Source of the DNA: a virus
Lineage: Duplodnaviria > Caudoviricetes
Length of the DNA: 64,000 nt
Direction: 5' to 3' (one strand)
Virus record (IMG/VR): IMGVR_UViG_2791355157_000004
Location: 9,313-73,312 of that record
Shown: piece by piece, positions 1 through 8,630 of the stretch
Layout of the letters: every line of letters starts with the position of its first letter
How positions within the stretch are numbered: the stretch's first letter is position 1
Position numbers and translations under genes: made by a program
Notes under the pieces: model-generated
The model's input: the letters and a program-made list of their open reading frames with translations, nothing else
Databases searched by the model: none
What the model was told of the DNA's origin: nothing

Positions 1-37
1 AGATAGCGCTCGTCGGTCTCACCGTGTTGCATGGCAA

Positions 38-187
38 TCAGGATGTCAATGACGTGCATATCTCCTCCACAAATCGCATGTAGTTCATGTCCAGGGTAAC
101 ATTGCTTTCCAGTAGGGCAGTACACCAGACTTCGTTATAGCCGTAGCCCTCCTGCTTAAACAGGCGCAGCAGTTCGAGTATCCGCAT
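38..187 (-). CDS. small hypothetical protein, Glu5 mini-protein family (MRILELLRLF...)
   Basis: ATG at 187 inside ORF 38..358; M-x3-E-hydrophobic start like the 6-12.6 kb array members. Confidence 0.5.
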   Translation of the reverse strand: MRILELLRLFKQEGYGYNEVWCTALLESNVTLDMNYMRFVEEICTSLTS

Positions 188-202
188 TCGGAAGCACTCC
201 GG

Positions 203-233
203 AAAAAAATAACGCCATCCCCTAAGGGATGGC
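203..233 (-). terminator. rho-independent terminator
   Basis: GCCATCCC-TTAG-GGGATGGC stem-loop followed by a T-rich tail on the minus strand. Confidence 0.7.
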
Positions 234-240
234 AGTTGGA

Positions 241-324
241 TTATTCGATGAAACCAGCGTACACGCAGAACAGGCTGAGCAGAAACACCCCGCCAATGGC
301 CAGGGCAATATGATGTCTTTTCAT
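241..324 (-). CDS. 27-aa single-TM peptide (MKRHHIALAIGGVFLLSLFCVYAGFIE)
   Basis: Read by hand; ATGA overlap with the RNAP2 stop; one hydrophobic segment. Confidence 0.45.
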   Translation of the reverse strand: MKRHHIALAIGGVFLLSLFCVYAGFIE

Positions 325-1529
325 GAAAGGGGATATTCCGCTTTGAGGATCTCTTCATGCAGGTCGTCCGACAGCTTGGCTACGGTGATGTTGCTGCCGG
401 TAATCTGGCTCGCAATATCGCTCATCATGCTGCTGCGCGCAATCTGGGAGAAGATTTCGAGGTAATGCCAGCGAACCCAGTTCATGTAGTTCGGGTGACA
501 CTTGAAGCAGTCGTGCACGCACACCAGATGAAACGGATTGTGCTGGCGCATTGAACTGAGCAGGCATTGCAGCTCCAGGTGCTCGTCCGCGCTGAGGTGG
601 CCATAGTTCTGATCATCCAGATACTCCACCAGCACCAGGCTCATAAAGCCGGATTTGCGGGTGCGGTTCAGGATGCGCAGCAGCTTCTGGTCACACAGGC
701 GATCGTCACGGGTACCGCCTTCCAGCCATGACTGCGTCTGCAGTCTGGCGACTGCATCCTTGTCATAGCTGCAGCGGCGGCCCATTTCACGGACGACCAG
801 GGCATCCACAGAGTGGGTGACGTTTGCCACCAGGCTGATGCCTTTCTCGGTGCCGGCATTGACGTAGTGCTCGATGTCGATCGGCATACCGAGGAACTGC
901 ACCGCGGTGGAGACCTTGTCCATTACTTTAATTACAACATCCCCGCCGTCTGGCAGGGTCCAGGAATGGTCCTCTGCGAACGGCTGCCACAGCGTCTGAA
1001 TGTCGTCACGCAGGGCGCGAACCCCTGGAAGGATGGCATCCTGCATTTTGTAGAACATGTCCAGCGCTGGCGTGCCGTCGCCGAATGCGGATTTAGGCTG
1101 CGCCTGTGATCCGTACATCGAGGTCATCAGGGCGTTTTTGACCACCTTGCGAACCAGCTGGCCAACCACGTTGAGTTTCTCGTTCATCCAGGCGTAAGCG
1201 TTGGTGTAAACGTCCTGGCGTTTCTGGCCGGTCAGCCCGCAATTACGCGCTGAGATTTTGCAACCGGACAGGGCAGCCAGGATCTGAATGCCAGAGGCGC
1301 ACGCATCGTGGCCAACCATGTAGCCTGAAGGGACACCCGCCAGGGTGTCACGCCAGGCGAGCACACCTGCAAGAAACTGAGCCGGTTCCTCTGCGTCACG
1401 CACAAGGGATTCCAGATGATGCTCATTCTCGCTGAACCAGTTCAGGCGGGTCTCGTACTGCTCGCCATCCAGGCCAAAGCTGTTGGCAATGTCGATCATG
1501 AGGTACTGCTTGCCAGTGAAGTGCTGCAT
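321..1529 (-). CDS. N4-like RNA polymerase II, subunit 2 (gp16-like)
   Basis: 402 aa; T7-type motifs A (HDACASGIQ), B (RKVVKNALMTSMYG) and C (VHDCF). Confidence 0.93.
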   Translation of the reverse strand: MQHFTGKQYLMIDIANSFGLDGEQYETRLNWFSENEHHLESLVRDAEEPAQFLAGVLAWRDTLAGVPSGYMVGHDACASGIQILAALSGCKISARNCGLTGQKRQDVYTNAYAWMNEKLNVVGQLVRKVVKNALMTSMYGSQAQPKSAFGDGTPALDMFYKMQDAILPGVRALRDDIQTLWQPFAEDHSWTLPDGGDVVIKVMDKVSTAVQFLGMPIDIEHYVNAGTEKGISLVANVTHSVDALVVREMGRRCSYDKDAVARLQTQSWLEGGTRDDRLCDQKLLRILNRTRKSGFMSLVLVEYLDDQNYGHLSADEHLELQCLLSSMRQHNPFHLVCVHDCFKCHPNYMNWVRWHYLEIFSQIARSSMMSDIASQITGSNITVAKLSDDLHEEILKAEYPLS

Positions 1530-1574
1530 GTGGAATCTCCAGTATGAAATGTGAAGTATGAAATAACAGGCATG

Positions 1575-1597
1575 AAAAAGGGGACCCGAAGGTCCCC
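1575..1597 (-). terminator. rho-independent terminator
   Basis: GGGGACC-TTCG-GGTCCCC followed by T5 on the minus strand. Confidence 0.75.
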
Positions 1598-1619
1598 CAT
1601 TTACTGAATGTGGTCGTGC

Positions 1620-1871
1620 TTAGTCGGTGATGCGGCCGAGGATACGTGCGACGTTATAGTCGGTATTCAGTTCGGTCTCGATCTCCGCGTCGGTCTTGCC
1701 GAACAGCGGGCATTTACCCATGTCACGTGAGCCATCCGGCTTGGCGTTTTCGCCGGTACAGCAGGTTGCACACTTCGGGTTCTTGGAGCAGAAATGCTTC
1801 TCCATTTCAGCCGGGATGGTTTTAATCAACTGGGTGATTTTGATCAGCTGCTCAATGCGTGTTAAGGCCAT
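1620..1871 (-). CDS. Cys-rich mini-protein (divergent Cys4 family member)
   Basis: FCSKNPKCATCC...KCPLFG. Confidence 0.65.
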   Translation of the reverse strand: MALTRIEQLIKITQLIKTIPAEMEKHFCSKNPKCATCCTGENAKPDGSRDMGKCPLFGKTDAEIETELNTDYNVARILGRITD

Positions 1872-2074
1872 GATTGTGTGTCTCCATAAATTGATAGTGG
1901 TGCAAATCGTGTAACGGGTGAGGCGCGAAAAGGACAGTTAGCACATTGAATCCCATGATGCTTACAGCTTTCCGGTAGGTCATTCAGCACTGCGCAAGGT
2001 TCCCACATCCTGCGAAATGCTGTGTCAGCTTCCAGCTGGTGGTGCATTAAATCCAGGATGGTTCCTATTTTCAA
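1862..2074 (-). CDS. Cys4 mini-protein
   Basis: MKIGTILDL...PC...SCKHHGIQCANCPF. Confidence 0.65.
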   Translation of the reverse strand: MKIGTILDLMHHQLEADTAFRRMWEPCAVLNDLPESCKHHGIQCANCPFRASPVTRFAPLSIYGDTQSWP

Positions 2075-2276
2075 CTACCACCTCTAGCGATCGTAGTAAC
2101 GGATCTTCTGCCGGCGAGAAGATGCCGGACAGCGGACAGGCTTTGCAGTAAATAAATTCACAGGAGTCCTCCCTGTCCTGTATCAGCGTACAGATCGGAT
2201 GCGCGTAAGCGCTCCCGCTCGGGCTGCCGTGATTGGCCACGTGTTTGATGGCCAGTAAAACATCAGAAGTTTTCAG
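2025..2276 (-). CDS. Cys4 mini-protein, probable CTG start
   Basis: AAGGAGG SD precedes CTG-AAA-ACT-TCT-GAT (MKTSDVLLAI); IC...SCEFIYCKACPL. Confidence 0.6.
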   Translation of the reverse strand: MKTSDVLLAIKHVANHGSPSGSAYAHPICTLIQDREDSCEFIYCKACPLSGIFSPAEDPLLRSLEVVVENRNHPGFNAPPAGS

Positions 2277-2312
2277 TGCCGCCTCCTTTATTTTTCGTTC
2301 AGGTCCGATCTA

Positions 2313-2332
2313 TACTGTACATACATACAGTA
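2313..2332 (+). promoter_or_regulatory. LexA (SOS) box overlapping the -10 element TATACT (2311-2316)
   Basis: TACTGTACATACATACAGTA fits CTG-N10-CAG and the Gammaproteobacterial consensus; 15 nt upstream of the umuD-like ATG. Confidence 0.88.
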
Positions 2333-2347
2333 AATGGACCGGAAATT

Positions 2348-2722
2348 ATGGGTTTCCCCTCACCAGCCACGGACTACGTTGAGCATCGAATTTCCCTCGA
2401 TGGGCTATGCAATACCCGTGCGCCTTCCGTCTACCTGTTTAAGGCAGGTGAGACGGTAATGCGCGCCGGGATCAGCAAAGGTTCTCTGCTCGTCGTTGAC
2501 AGCGCGATTACGCCATCAGACGGTAACGTGGTGGTGGCCATGATTGATGGAACATTTCGTGTGGCGCGTTACTGTACGCACCCGGCACCGTATCTGGAAG
2601 ATATGAATGTGCCGGGGCGTCGGCTCGCGACAGCAGGTGAGGATGTCATGCAGGGGGAGGAGACGATTTGTTTTGGCGTAGTCACCCACGCTCTGGGAGT
2701 GCTGCGGTCAGCCTACCAGTAA
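2348..2722 (+). CDS. umuD: UmuD'-like (HumD-type) S24 family protein
   Basis: Starts MGFPSPATDY, i.e. at the UmuD cleavage junction; GSLLVVD, GNVVVA and FGVVTH motifs; catalytic Ser and Lys not retained. Confidence 0.85.
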   Translation: MGFPSPATDYVEHRISLDGLCNTRAPSVYLFKAGETVMRAGISKGSLLVVDSAITPSDGNVVVAMIDGTFRVARYCTHPAPYLEDMNVPGRRLATAGEDVMQGEETICFGVVTHALGVLRSAYQ

Positions 2723-3031
2723 GCGGGCAATCGTGCGGACGGCTTCCAGCTCAGCCGGCGTGGCTTTGCCTTTAAGGGCTGCATTACGTGCTTTCCAATC
2801 CAGGCTTTTCACCTGGTCTGCCAGGGCGACGTTCGCCGGCGTGCCGGCGATCGCCACTTCCATCGGGTAACCCTTGATCTTGGTGGTGAGCGGGACGCAC
2901 ACCATCAGGTCGTGCTTATTATAGTAGGCCGGGCTGAGTACCAGCGCCGGTCTGCGGCCGGCCTGTTCGTGGCCAGCCTGCGGGTTGAAGTCCAGCCATA
3001 CGATATCGCCGGCTTCAGGGACAAATGCCAT
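2708..3031 (-). CDS. mazF: MazF/PemK endoribonuclease toxin
   Basis: GDIVWLDFNPQAGHEQAGRRPALVLSP, PLTTKIKGYP, LADQVKSLDW. Confidence 0.95.
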   Translation of the reverse strand: MAFVPEAGDIVWLDFNPQAGHEQAGRRPALVLSPAYYNKHDLMVCVPLTTKIKGYPMEVAIAGTPANVALADQVKSLDWKARNAALKGKATPAELEAVRTIARLLVG

Positions 3032-3282
3032 TACCAGATCTCCTTACCTACTTCGCCGAAGTCCTGCTCACCGTGACGGTTTTCAGGCGTGATGCGGCTC
3101 ACCAGGGCTTCCAGGGTGGGCTTAGCGCGTGCTGGTTCAATCACAAGGCGCGACACGTTAAAGGCATCCTTCTGGACGGTCACTTCGACTTCAGCGTCGA
3201 TACCGAGGTCCATCAGGTTCATGAGGTTAGTGGGGATGCGGACTGCAGGGCTGTTGCCCCAGCGCTTAATAGTCTGACGCAT
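3031..3282 (-). CDS. mazE: MazE/AbrB antitoxin
   Basis: KRWGNSPAVRIP N-terminus; ITPENRHGE..GKEIW C-terminus; 1-nt overlap with mazF. Confidence 0.93.
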   Translation of the reverse strand: MRQTIKRWGNSPAVRIPTNLMNLMDLGIDAEVEVTVQKDAFNVSRLVIEPARAKPTLEALVSRITPENRHGEQDFGEVGKEIW

Positions 3283-3299
3283 GATGCTTCTCCGTTTAT

Positions 3300-3356
3300 A
3301 CGTTTGTATAGACAGATTACTCTTTTTTGAGCAATGTATCTACATTAGTATCTACT
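3300..3356 (-). promoter_or_regulatory. mazEF promoter/operator region
   Basis: Repeated imperfect palindromes TGTATAGACA (3305), TGTATCTACA (3335) and GTATCTAC (3348), resembling MazE operators. Confidence 0.55.
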
Positions 3357-3372
3357 TTTCTGAATGGCAGCG

Positions 3373-4182
3373 TCACTCCACCAGCTCCGCGTCAGCGAGC
3401 TGCAGCACCGCCTTGGCATAGTCATTCCCCTGGTAGGAGACGTGATAGCCCTGGCAGTAGGTGCGCAGTCGCTTATCCACTTTGTGGGTGAGGTGGAAGC
3501 GGTTGCCCTCGTTCACCAGCAGGGCGAACGTGTGCATGCTGTCCTTCTCAAAGCGTTCAAACGCCTCAACACGCTTGCGGTAGTCGCGGAAGCTTTCCCC
3601 GTCACGCGGCTTGTCGAGGTTCTTCCGCTTATTGCGGATAGTCCTGATCACCCGCTCATTGAGCGCCAGCGGCACCCGGTTAAACCGGTTGATGCTGTCG
3701 TAACAGAGGTCACCCTCGTGGTGGTTGTTCTTCAGGATGAGCGAATCACCGCGATCGTTAAGGTAGCCGCTGCCGCGATTACCGGTCACCTCAAGCGGTG
3801 GCACAATCATTGGCGGCAGGTACTGATACTGGTGCATCAGCTCCTTCACGTCGTTGCTGACATCCAGGTTAATGATGAAGTTCATCGTCTGCATGTCGAA
3901 GTTCACCAGCTCAGTGTTCGCGCAGATGTACTCCAGGTGTGCCGCGGTCTGCTGGTAGTCGCCGTCGAAAAAGCGCGCCAGGATGCCGATCAGCACGTTG
4001 GCCGGCGCCCGACGGTGAAGCACCATCTGAACCAGCAGCTCGATGACGAACCCTTCCGGCATAGCCAGGCTTTCGACGATCGCCATAACGGCGGTGTCGT
4101 TCTCAAACTCACGACGCAGCAGCGGCAGCGTCTGGTACCGCGCAAAGCGCTGTTCAATCAGTTTCTGGGTTTCGTATTTCAT
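3373..4182 (-). CDS. N4-like RNA polymerase II, subunit 1 (gp15-like)
   Basis: 269 aa; YLPPMIVPP and HKVDKRLRTYCQGYHVSYQG (DxxGR-type motif). Confidence 0.92.
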   Translation of the reverse strand: MKYETQKLIEQRFARYQTLPLLRREFENDTAVMAIVESLAMPEGFVIELLVQMVLHRRAPANVLIGILARFFDGDYQQTAAHLEYICANTELVNFDMQTMNFIINLDVSNDVKELMHQYQYLPPMIVPPLEVTGNRGSGYLNDRGDSLILKNNHHEGDLCYDSINRFNRVPLALNERVIRTIRNKRKNLDKPRDGESFRDYRKRVEAFERFEKDSMHTFALLVNEGNRFHLTHKVDKRLRTYCQGYHVSYQGNDYAKAVLQLADAELVE

Positions 4183-4348
4183 AGGTGATGTCCCTCAGAA
4201 GGTGTTTATCTTTATCAGGCGTGCAGTCGAACGGACAGTTGCGGCAGGCGATTGCCCCGCACCTGATACCGTTGCTGGCATCGCACAGTGGGTTATTTAG
4301 CGGATCGGTTGTGTCGTTGATGAGACACAGCAGGGTCGAGAGTTTCAT
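4154..4348 (-). CDS. Cys4 mini-protein
   Basis: MKLSTLL...LCDASNGIRCGAIACRNCPF. Confidence 0.7.
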   Translation of the reverse strand: MKLSTLLCLINDTTDPLNNPLCDASNGIRCGAIACRNCPFDCTPDKDKHLLRDITYEIRNPETD

Positions 4349-4517
4349 TCAGCTTGTCCATGATGTGCGGCACACGTGACGACACGGCACCGCCGCTCAA
4401 CGGGCAGTTGATGCACTCGATGCCGGTACAGTCCAGCGCTGGGACATTACAGACAGGGTTGCCCGAGATGAGCAGTTCGCTATACGTGAACTCCACTAAC
4501 AGGGGTTTCAGTTTCAT
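4293..4517 (-). CDS. Cys4 mini-protein
   Basis: MKLKPLL...VCNVPALDCTGIECINCPL. Confidence 0.7.
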   Translation of the reverse strand: MKLKPLLVEFTYSELLISGNPVCNVPALDCTGIECINCPLSGGAVSSRVPHIMDKLNETLDPAVSHQRHNRSAK

Positions 4518-4680
4518 TGATCATCTGCCTTAGCAGGCTGTTACCTTCACGGGCGTAGTCGAGGGGACAGTCCTTACATTCAATGCCTTCACAGCCGGCG
4601 CTGATACACAGAGAGGAGGTGGTTACTGTCATTTCACTGCGGAGAGTGGTGAGCAGGATAGTCAACTTCAGCTGGTTCAA
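4480..4680 (-). CDS. Cys4 mini-protein
   Basis: TTG start overlapping the upstream stop; LKLTILL...LCISAGCEGIECKDCPL. Confidence 0.62.
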   Translation of the reverse strand: MNQLKLTILLTTLRSEMTVTTSSLCISAGCEGIECKDCPLDYAREGNSLLRQMINETETPVSGVHV

Positions 4681-4934
4681 ATGACATTGTCCAATAGCAG
4701 AATTTGCAGGATAGCGTCCCGCAGGTATCTGAACGGCTTCATGTCTACGTAGTAGAAATGGCTGTTGGTCAGCCGCTTTATCAGATGCAGGCGCTTCGGT
4801 GTGGACACACTCCATATGCGCGTACGACGGTCATAATGCACCTTGTACTCGAAGCCCTCCGGCTTCTCCTTAACGACATTTCCGGTCAAATCATTGCGAT
4901 CGCTGTTGAGCACGTGCAATACGGTTCTGTTCAT
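4677..4934 (-). CDS. early hypothetical protein (MNRTVLHVL...)
   Basis: GGAG SD; first gene after the hairpin promoter at 4971. Confidence 0.7.
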   Translation of the reverse strand: MNRTVLHVLNSDRNDLTGNVVKEKPEGFEYKVHYDRRTRIWSVSTPKRLHLIKRLTNSHFYYVDMKPFRYLRDAILQILLLDNVI

Positions 4935-4969
4935 ATTTGTCTCCGAAGTTAAGAAGGAAAAGGCAAACG

Positions 4970-4988
4970 CCAAAAGGGGCGAAGCCCC
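4970..4988 (-). promoter_or_regulatory. vRNAP hairpin promoter (+1 near 4971)
   Basis: Template (+) strand CC-AAAA-GGGGC-GAA-GCCCC matches the N4 architecture CC-N4-5bp stem-GNA loop. Confidence 0.85.
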
Positions 4989-5033
4989 GGGCGAGTAATT
5001 ATGCAAGACCTTCAGACAAAAACCAGATTATTC

Positions 5034-5279
5034 CTAATGGTCCGATGAGTTGATGTCTGTCATGGCACGGTGAAGATCGTGCGCCAGGTGGGCGGTGAGA
5101 TTTAACGGGCAGATACTGCAAAAGTGCAGGTGAATGTTGGTACCGGGTTCGCGGTGCTGGCCGATATTCAGCGCACAGACATTACCTGGCATCGACGAGC
5201 ACAGGTCACGCTGCTCACCGTCGCCGGTGTCGCCAGGCTGAAACACCTGGATGGTGGACAGCACGTCATGAAGCTTCAT
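5034..5279 (-). CDS. Cys4 mini-protein
   Basis: MKLHDVL...LCSSMPGNVC...HFCSICPL. Confidence 0.7.
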   Translation of the reverse strand: MKLHDVLSTIQVFQPGDTGDGEQRDLCSSMPGNVCALNIGQHREPGTNIHLHFCSICPLNLTAHLAHDLHRAMTDINSSDH

Positions 5280-5454
5280 GATAAAGCTCCCTGAACAGGC
5301 TGCCCTCACACTGCAACGGGCAGTTCTGGCACTGGATGTCCCTGCAGCTGATTTTGTTCATATCCCGGTCATGCAGGTACTGGCACAGCGACTGGTTGTG
5401 CTTGCCTGTCTCTACAGGCTGGCTGGTGGCGATCAGGACGTTACTGAGTTTCAT
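5266..5454 (-). CDS. Cys4 mini-protein
   Basis: MKLSNVL...LCQY...SCRDIQCQNCPL. Confidence 0.7.
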   Translation of the reverse strand: MKLSNVLIATSQPVETGKHNQSLCQYLHDRDMNKISCRDIQCQNCPLQCEGSLFRELYHEAS

Positions 5455-5666
5455 GGTTCACGCCCTGTCATTTCATCCAGGATGTGCGTTTGCGGCAGGT
5501 TAGCTGATCGTGCCTGTTTGCCGGCGGACAGCGGACAGTTATGACAGTAGACATGCGTGTGCAGCTCCCGATCGGTATCGCAGACGCTGATGTTGTGCGC
5601 GCTGCACAGGCTCTTCTGCTCAACGGTTTCAGTGTGGGTGAGGAACAGCAGATCCAGCAATTTCAC
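5451..5666 (-). CDS. Cys4 mini-protein
   Basis: MKLLDLL...LCSAHNISVC...VYCHNCPL. Confidence 0.7.
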   Translation of the reverse strand: MKLLDLLFLTHTETVEQKSLCSAHNISVCDTDRELHTHVYCHNCPLSAGKQARSANLPQTHILDEMTGREP

Positions 5667-5844
5667 GGTATTCCTCCAACTCGGCTTTGCTTAGCAGGCA
5701 GATACTGGCGTCCGGGCAATAGAGTATTGCCTGTTTGTGTATTCCAATCAGTGATTTTGCCTCGGCCGCGTTCGGCATGTTGCGATCGTCGGACCGCATC
5801 TGTTCGCGAAGGGTGATGGCGTGTTGAATGAGGGTAGGGCGCAT
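5629..5844 (-). CDS. hypothetical protein
   Basis: GGAG SD; co-oriented with neighbours. Confidence 0.6.
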   Translation of the reverse strand: MRPTLIQHAITLREQMRSDDRNMPNAAEAKSLIGIHKQAILYCPDASICLLSKAELEEYREIAGSAVPHPH

Positions 5845-5868
5845 GGGTGATCTCCGGATTCTTCAGGC

Positions 5869-5901
5869 AAAAAGAAAGCCCGACGAGTTTACTCGTCAGG
5901 C
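5869..5901 (-). terminator. rho-independent terminator
   Basis: GCCTGACGAG-TAAA-CTCGTCGGGC followed by TTTCTTTTT. Confidence 0.7.
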
Positions 5902-6952
5902 ATCATCTTGAGAATCGTGGCGATCAGTTCAGGTGGCAGTGACTGGCTGTAGTAAATCCGCCAGTTCAGCTTCAGGCAGAGCTGCGTATCGGCATCACGG
6001 AACATGAGCCTGAGAATGCTTGCGGCATGTCTTTCCGGCACTGTGCCAATTCCTTCATCAGGGGAACAAGTGCGCCCAGATACACATCTTCCAGCTGCTC
6101 AGAAACGTGCATGTTGATAGCCCACATGGCCACAGCATACTCTGCTGAGTGCATCTGACTGATGATTTCTACCGTATCCATTGGTTTACCGGGTCGAGAG
6201 GGGTTGCCTGATGTTATAGCGCCGCAAGCGATAGAGATCAAACAGGACAATTCTGATTTTGGGTAAATGCTTCATTAAGAAGTACCACAAAATCAAAAAT
6301 TTGAGCATTTTCTAAACTGAGGCTGTCTGGGTTTTCGGTGGATTCCCATAGCAATTGCCAGACAGGACCTCCGGGTTGTAAGAGCATCGCCTGCACCAGA
6401 TGGCGCAAGGGCTCAGAAGGGGATTTCGTGAACGTCGTTGAGTTCATCGAGCAGCTGCCTTGACCGGACAAGCGTGGACGGTTGGAGACCCTTCAGCTGA
6501 AGTGCCCGGATTAGGGGCACCAGCCACAGCAGATCGTAAAGCAGGATAAAGAGTTTATCGTTATGTGATGGCGATCTCATTTTGGCCTTCTCTGATGTGT
6601 CGCAGCTGGTGGGCCAGATTGTTACAGACGGTTGGTGAGACCTGGCTGGTTGCGCTGCCCTGAGACAAGATCTTTTCCCAGAACAGCTCCCAGCACCACG
6701 GGTACATGAGCATGAAGATCTCACGTGCCGTAATCGTCTGTGATGATAACGCCGGCTGACCGGCCGCGGAGTGTAGTTTTTCCACAGATTTCCCTCGCAA
6801 GTTTCGGTGCGTCTTGAATATCAAGACCGCGAAACTGCCTGAGGCGTCTGCCAAAGGTCTGGCCCTTGGCTGCCCATTGCAGTTCGCTGTAAACAGCGAG
6901 CCACGAGGTCGGGTCGGAGTGGAGCGTGGAAATTATATCGGAGATGAGGTTT

Positions 6953-7105
6953 TTAGGCTGGTTCATTTGGCGGTATCAGGTCACTGGCTAACGGAATGCC
7001 AATATGCCAGGCGCAGCCGGCCTCTTCAATCATCCGGATCACCCGGTGCCAGATGAGGCTGTCCGCGTCGTTGTTGAAGAGTATCACCCATTCGGTCAGG
7101 CGCAT
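6953..7105 (-). CDS. Glu5 mini-protein (MRLTEWVILF..., 50 aa)
   Basis: Read by hand (below ORF cutoff); aligns without gaps to 8254..8403 (E5-W6, L9, G30-C31). Confidence 0.6.
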   Translation of the reverse strand: MRLTEWVILFNNDADSLIWHRVIRMIEEAGCAWHIGIPLASDLIPPNEPA

Positions 7106-8253
7106 GGGTGTGCCCCCATGTGTTTCACCAGGATCATGCTGCGCAGGTTAATGCTTCTGGTGGGCTGAGGTGAGCAGACTGAGCGCTGCATCATTTCCCA
7201 GACTTCGTTGCGGGCTATCGCCGTCAGCCACAGTTCGTGGAGTAGCAGGTTCAGCATCTTCTATGGCCTCGATCAGAGTCTGCATAAGCGGAAAACACAG
7301 GCTGAATTGCCTGTCTATATCGGGCAGCGACTGGGTGATCCCAACCCATGCGCGAGCGTGACAGCTCAACAGCCAGATGACGTTTACCGCGTGCATATGC
7401 ACTCCTTAATGGTTTTCAGTTCTCACAGCGTGAAGCTGTTTCAGTATGGTGTAGGCATCAAAGTCTGCCTCGTGTTGCCCGAATATGCCAGTGGCAGCAT
7501 CCGGGCTATGGCCGTCGTGAGTCAGCCAGTGCATGAAGGTCTGGCCCCGCGCTTCCGCGAAGAACCAGAGCACATCAGTGGTAGACATAGACTATCCCGT
7601 TGCATAAATGCTTCCAGTCACTCATGGCCATCATCAGCTGATCAGCGCATGGCAGGTAATCCGCGAACGGGTACGCCGGCGCTTTCTCATAGAAGCTGGT
7701 GACGATCGCCTGAGGGACGTTCAGGTCATTCGTGTTGTTGATGATTTCGTTCATGATGTCGGCAATGCGCACGGGTGCAGCTCCATATCCTGAGGGGTGA
7801 CCCGTAGCATATGCCGAATTGCGATGAACCAGGATTAGGCCGATTCCGAAAGTATTACCTCACACATATTACGTAATACTTATTCACGCCTGACGATGTA
7901 GGGCACGCCAGGCAGAAATTCTATCTGCACAGCAGCTTCGAGCTCCGTGGCATAAGGCTTGGCCTCATTCTCGGTACCGAAGCGTGGTGTGTTATCGGCA
8001 TCAAAGCCGGTAAACCACAGACCATCCGCTCTGCGTTTGATGTAATAGTTTCCGGTGTCAAACACGATTGCTCCTTATGTACGAAAACAGTTCCGGGTAA
8101 ATGGCGATCGCCGTCCTGGCAGCCTCGACCTGATCACCTGTATCAGGGAACAGGGTCTCCAGAACAATGCCCAGGCGATTCCACATATTCATATCATGCA
8201 CGAAGTACAGCATGGGCAGGATGATACCCGCCTTCCATTCGAACCCGTGCTGA

Positions 8254-8403
8254 TCAGGCATGCTCAACGCCCTCTATCTGCATGATCAGCTGCGTGACGG
8301 CGGCCATACGGCAGCCTTTTTTCACGGCGATACTCCAGATATCCAGGTAAAACCCGGGCTGACATTCCTCCCGGTACAGGCAGAACCACTCAATCAGTTT
8401 CAA
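8254..8403 (-). CDS. Glu5 mini-protein (MKLIEWFCLY..., 49 aa)
   Basis: TTG start, 14-nt overlap with the upstream ORF; paralog of 6953..7105. Confidence 0.6.
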   Translation of the reverse strand: MKLIEWFCLYREECQPGFYLDIWSIAVKKGCRMAAVTQLIMQIEGVEHA

Positions 8404-8592
8404 GGTTCAGTCCCTCAAGGGTTACGTTGAGTGAATCGGTATACAGGTTAAGCAGCACGATTCCGTCACCGTGTGCCGGCATCGTACCGTTGAGGTAACC
8501 GACAGAGAATGCACTGTATGCGCGAGCCAGTACCCGTATGTCACCGACTATCTCCAGCAGAATAATTTTTAACATGACTATCCCTCAGCGAT

Positions 8593-8625
8593 AAAAAATA
8601 ACCGGGAAGCCCGAAGGCTCCCCGA
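8593..8625 (-). terminator. terminator after the gp2-like gene
   Basis: CGGGAGCC-TTCG-GGCTTCCCG followed by a T-rich tail. Confidence 0.7.
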
Positions 8626-8630
8626 TTGGA

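Larger units (their letters stand above)
5972..8575 (-). other. array of about 13 overlapping small early ORFs (5972-6181, 6238-~6410, 6413-6580, 6561-6734, 6721-6966, 6953-7105, 7148-7402, 7406-7588, 7575-7772, 7880-8065, 8058-8267, 8254-8403, 8390-8575)
   Basis: Head-to-tail tiling with short overlaps; several start M-x3-[ED]-hydrophobic. Confidence 0.65.

Noticed and set aside
327-344. GGGGATATTCCGCTTT match with ~63894 as a terminal repeat or att core
   Set aside because: About 16 nt, both copies inside ORFs encoding KAEYP; similarity does not extend
3364-4188. Long antisense ORFs (also 47323-48330, 58696-59496, 61394-62392 and others)
   Set aside because: Shadow ORFs opposite well-supported genes, expected from GC-rich codon bias
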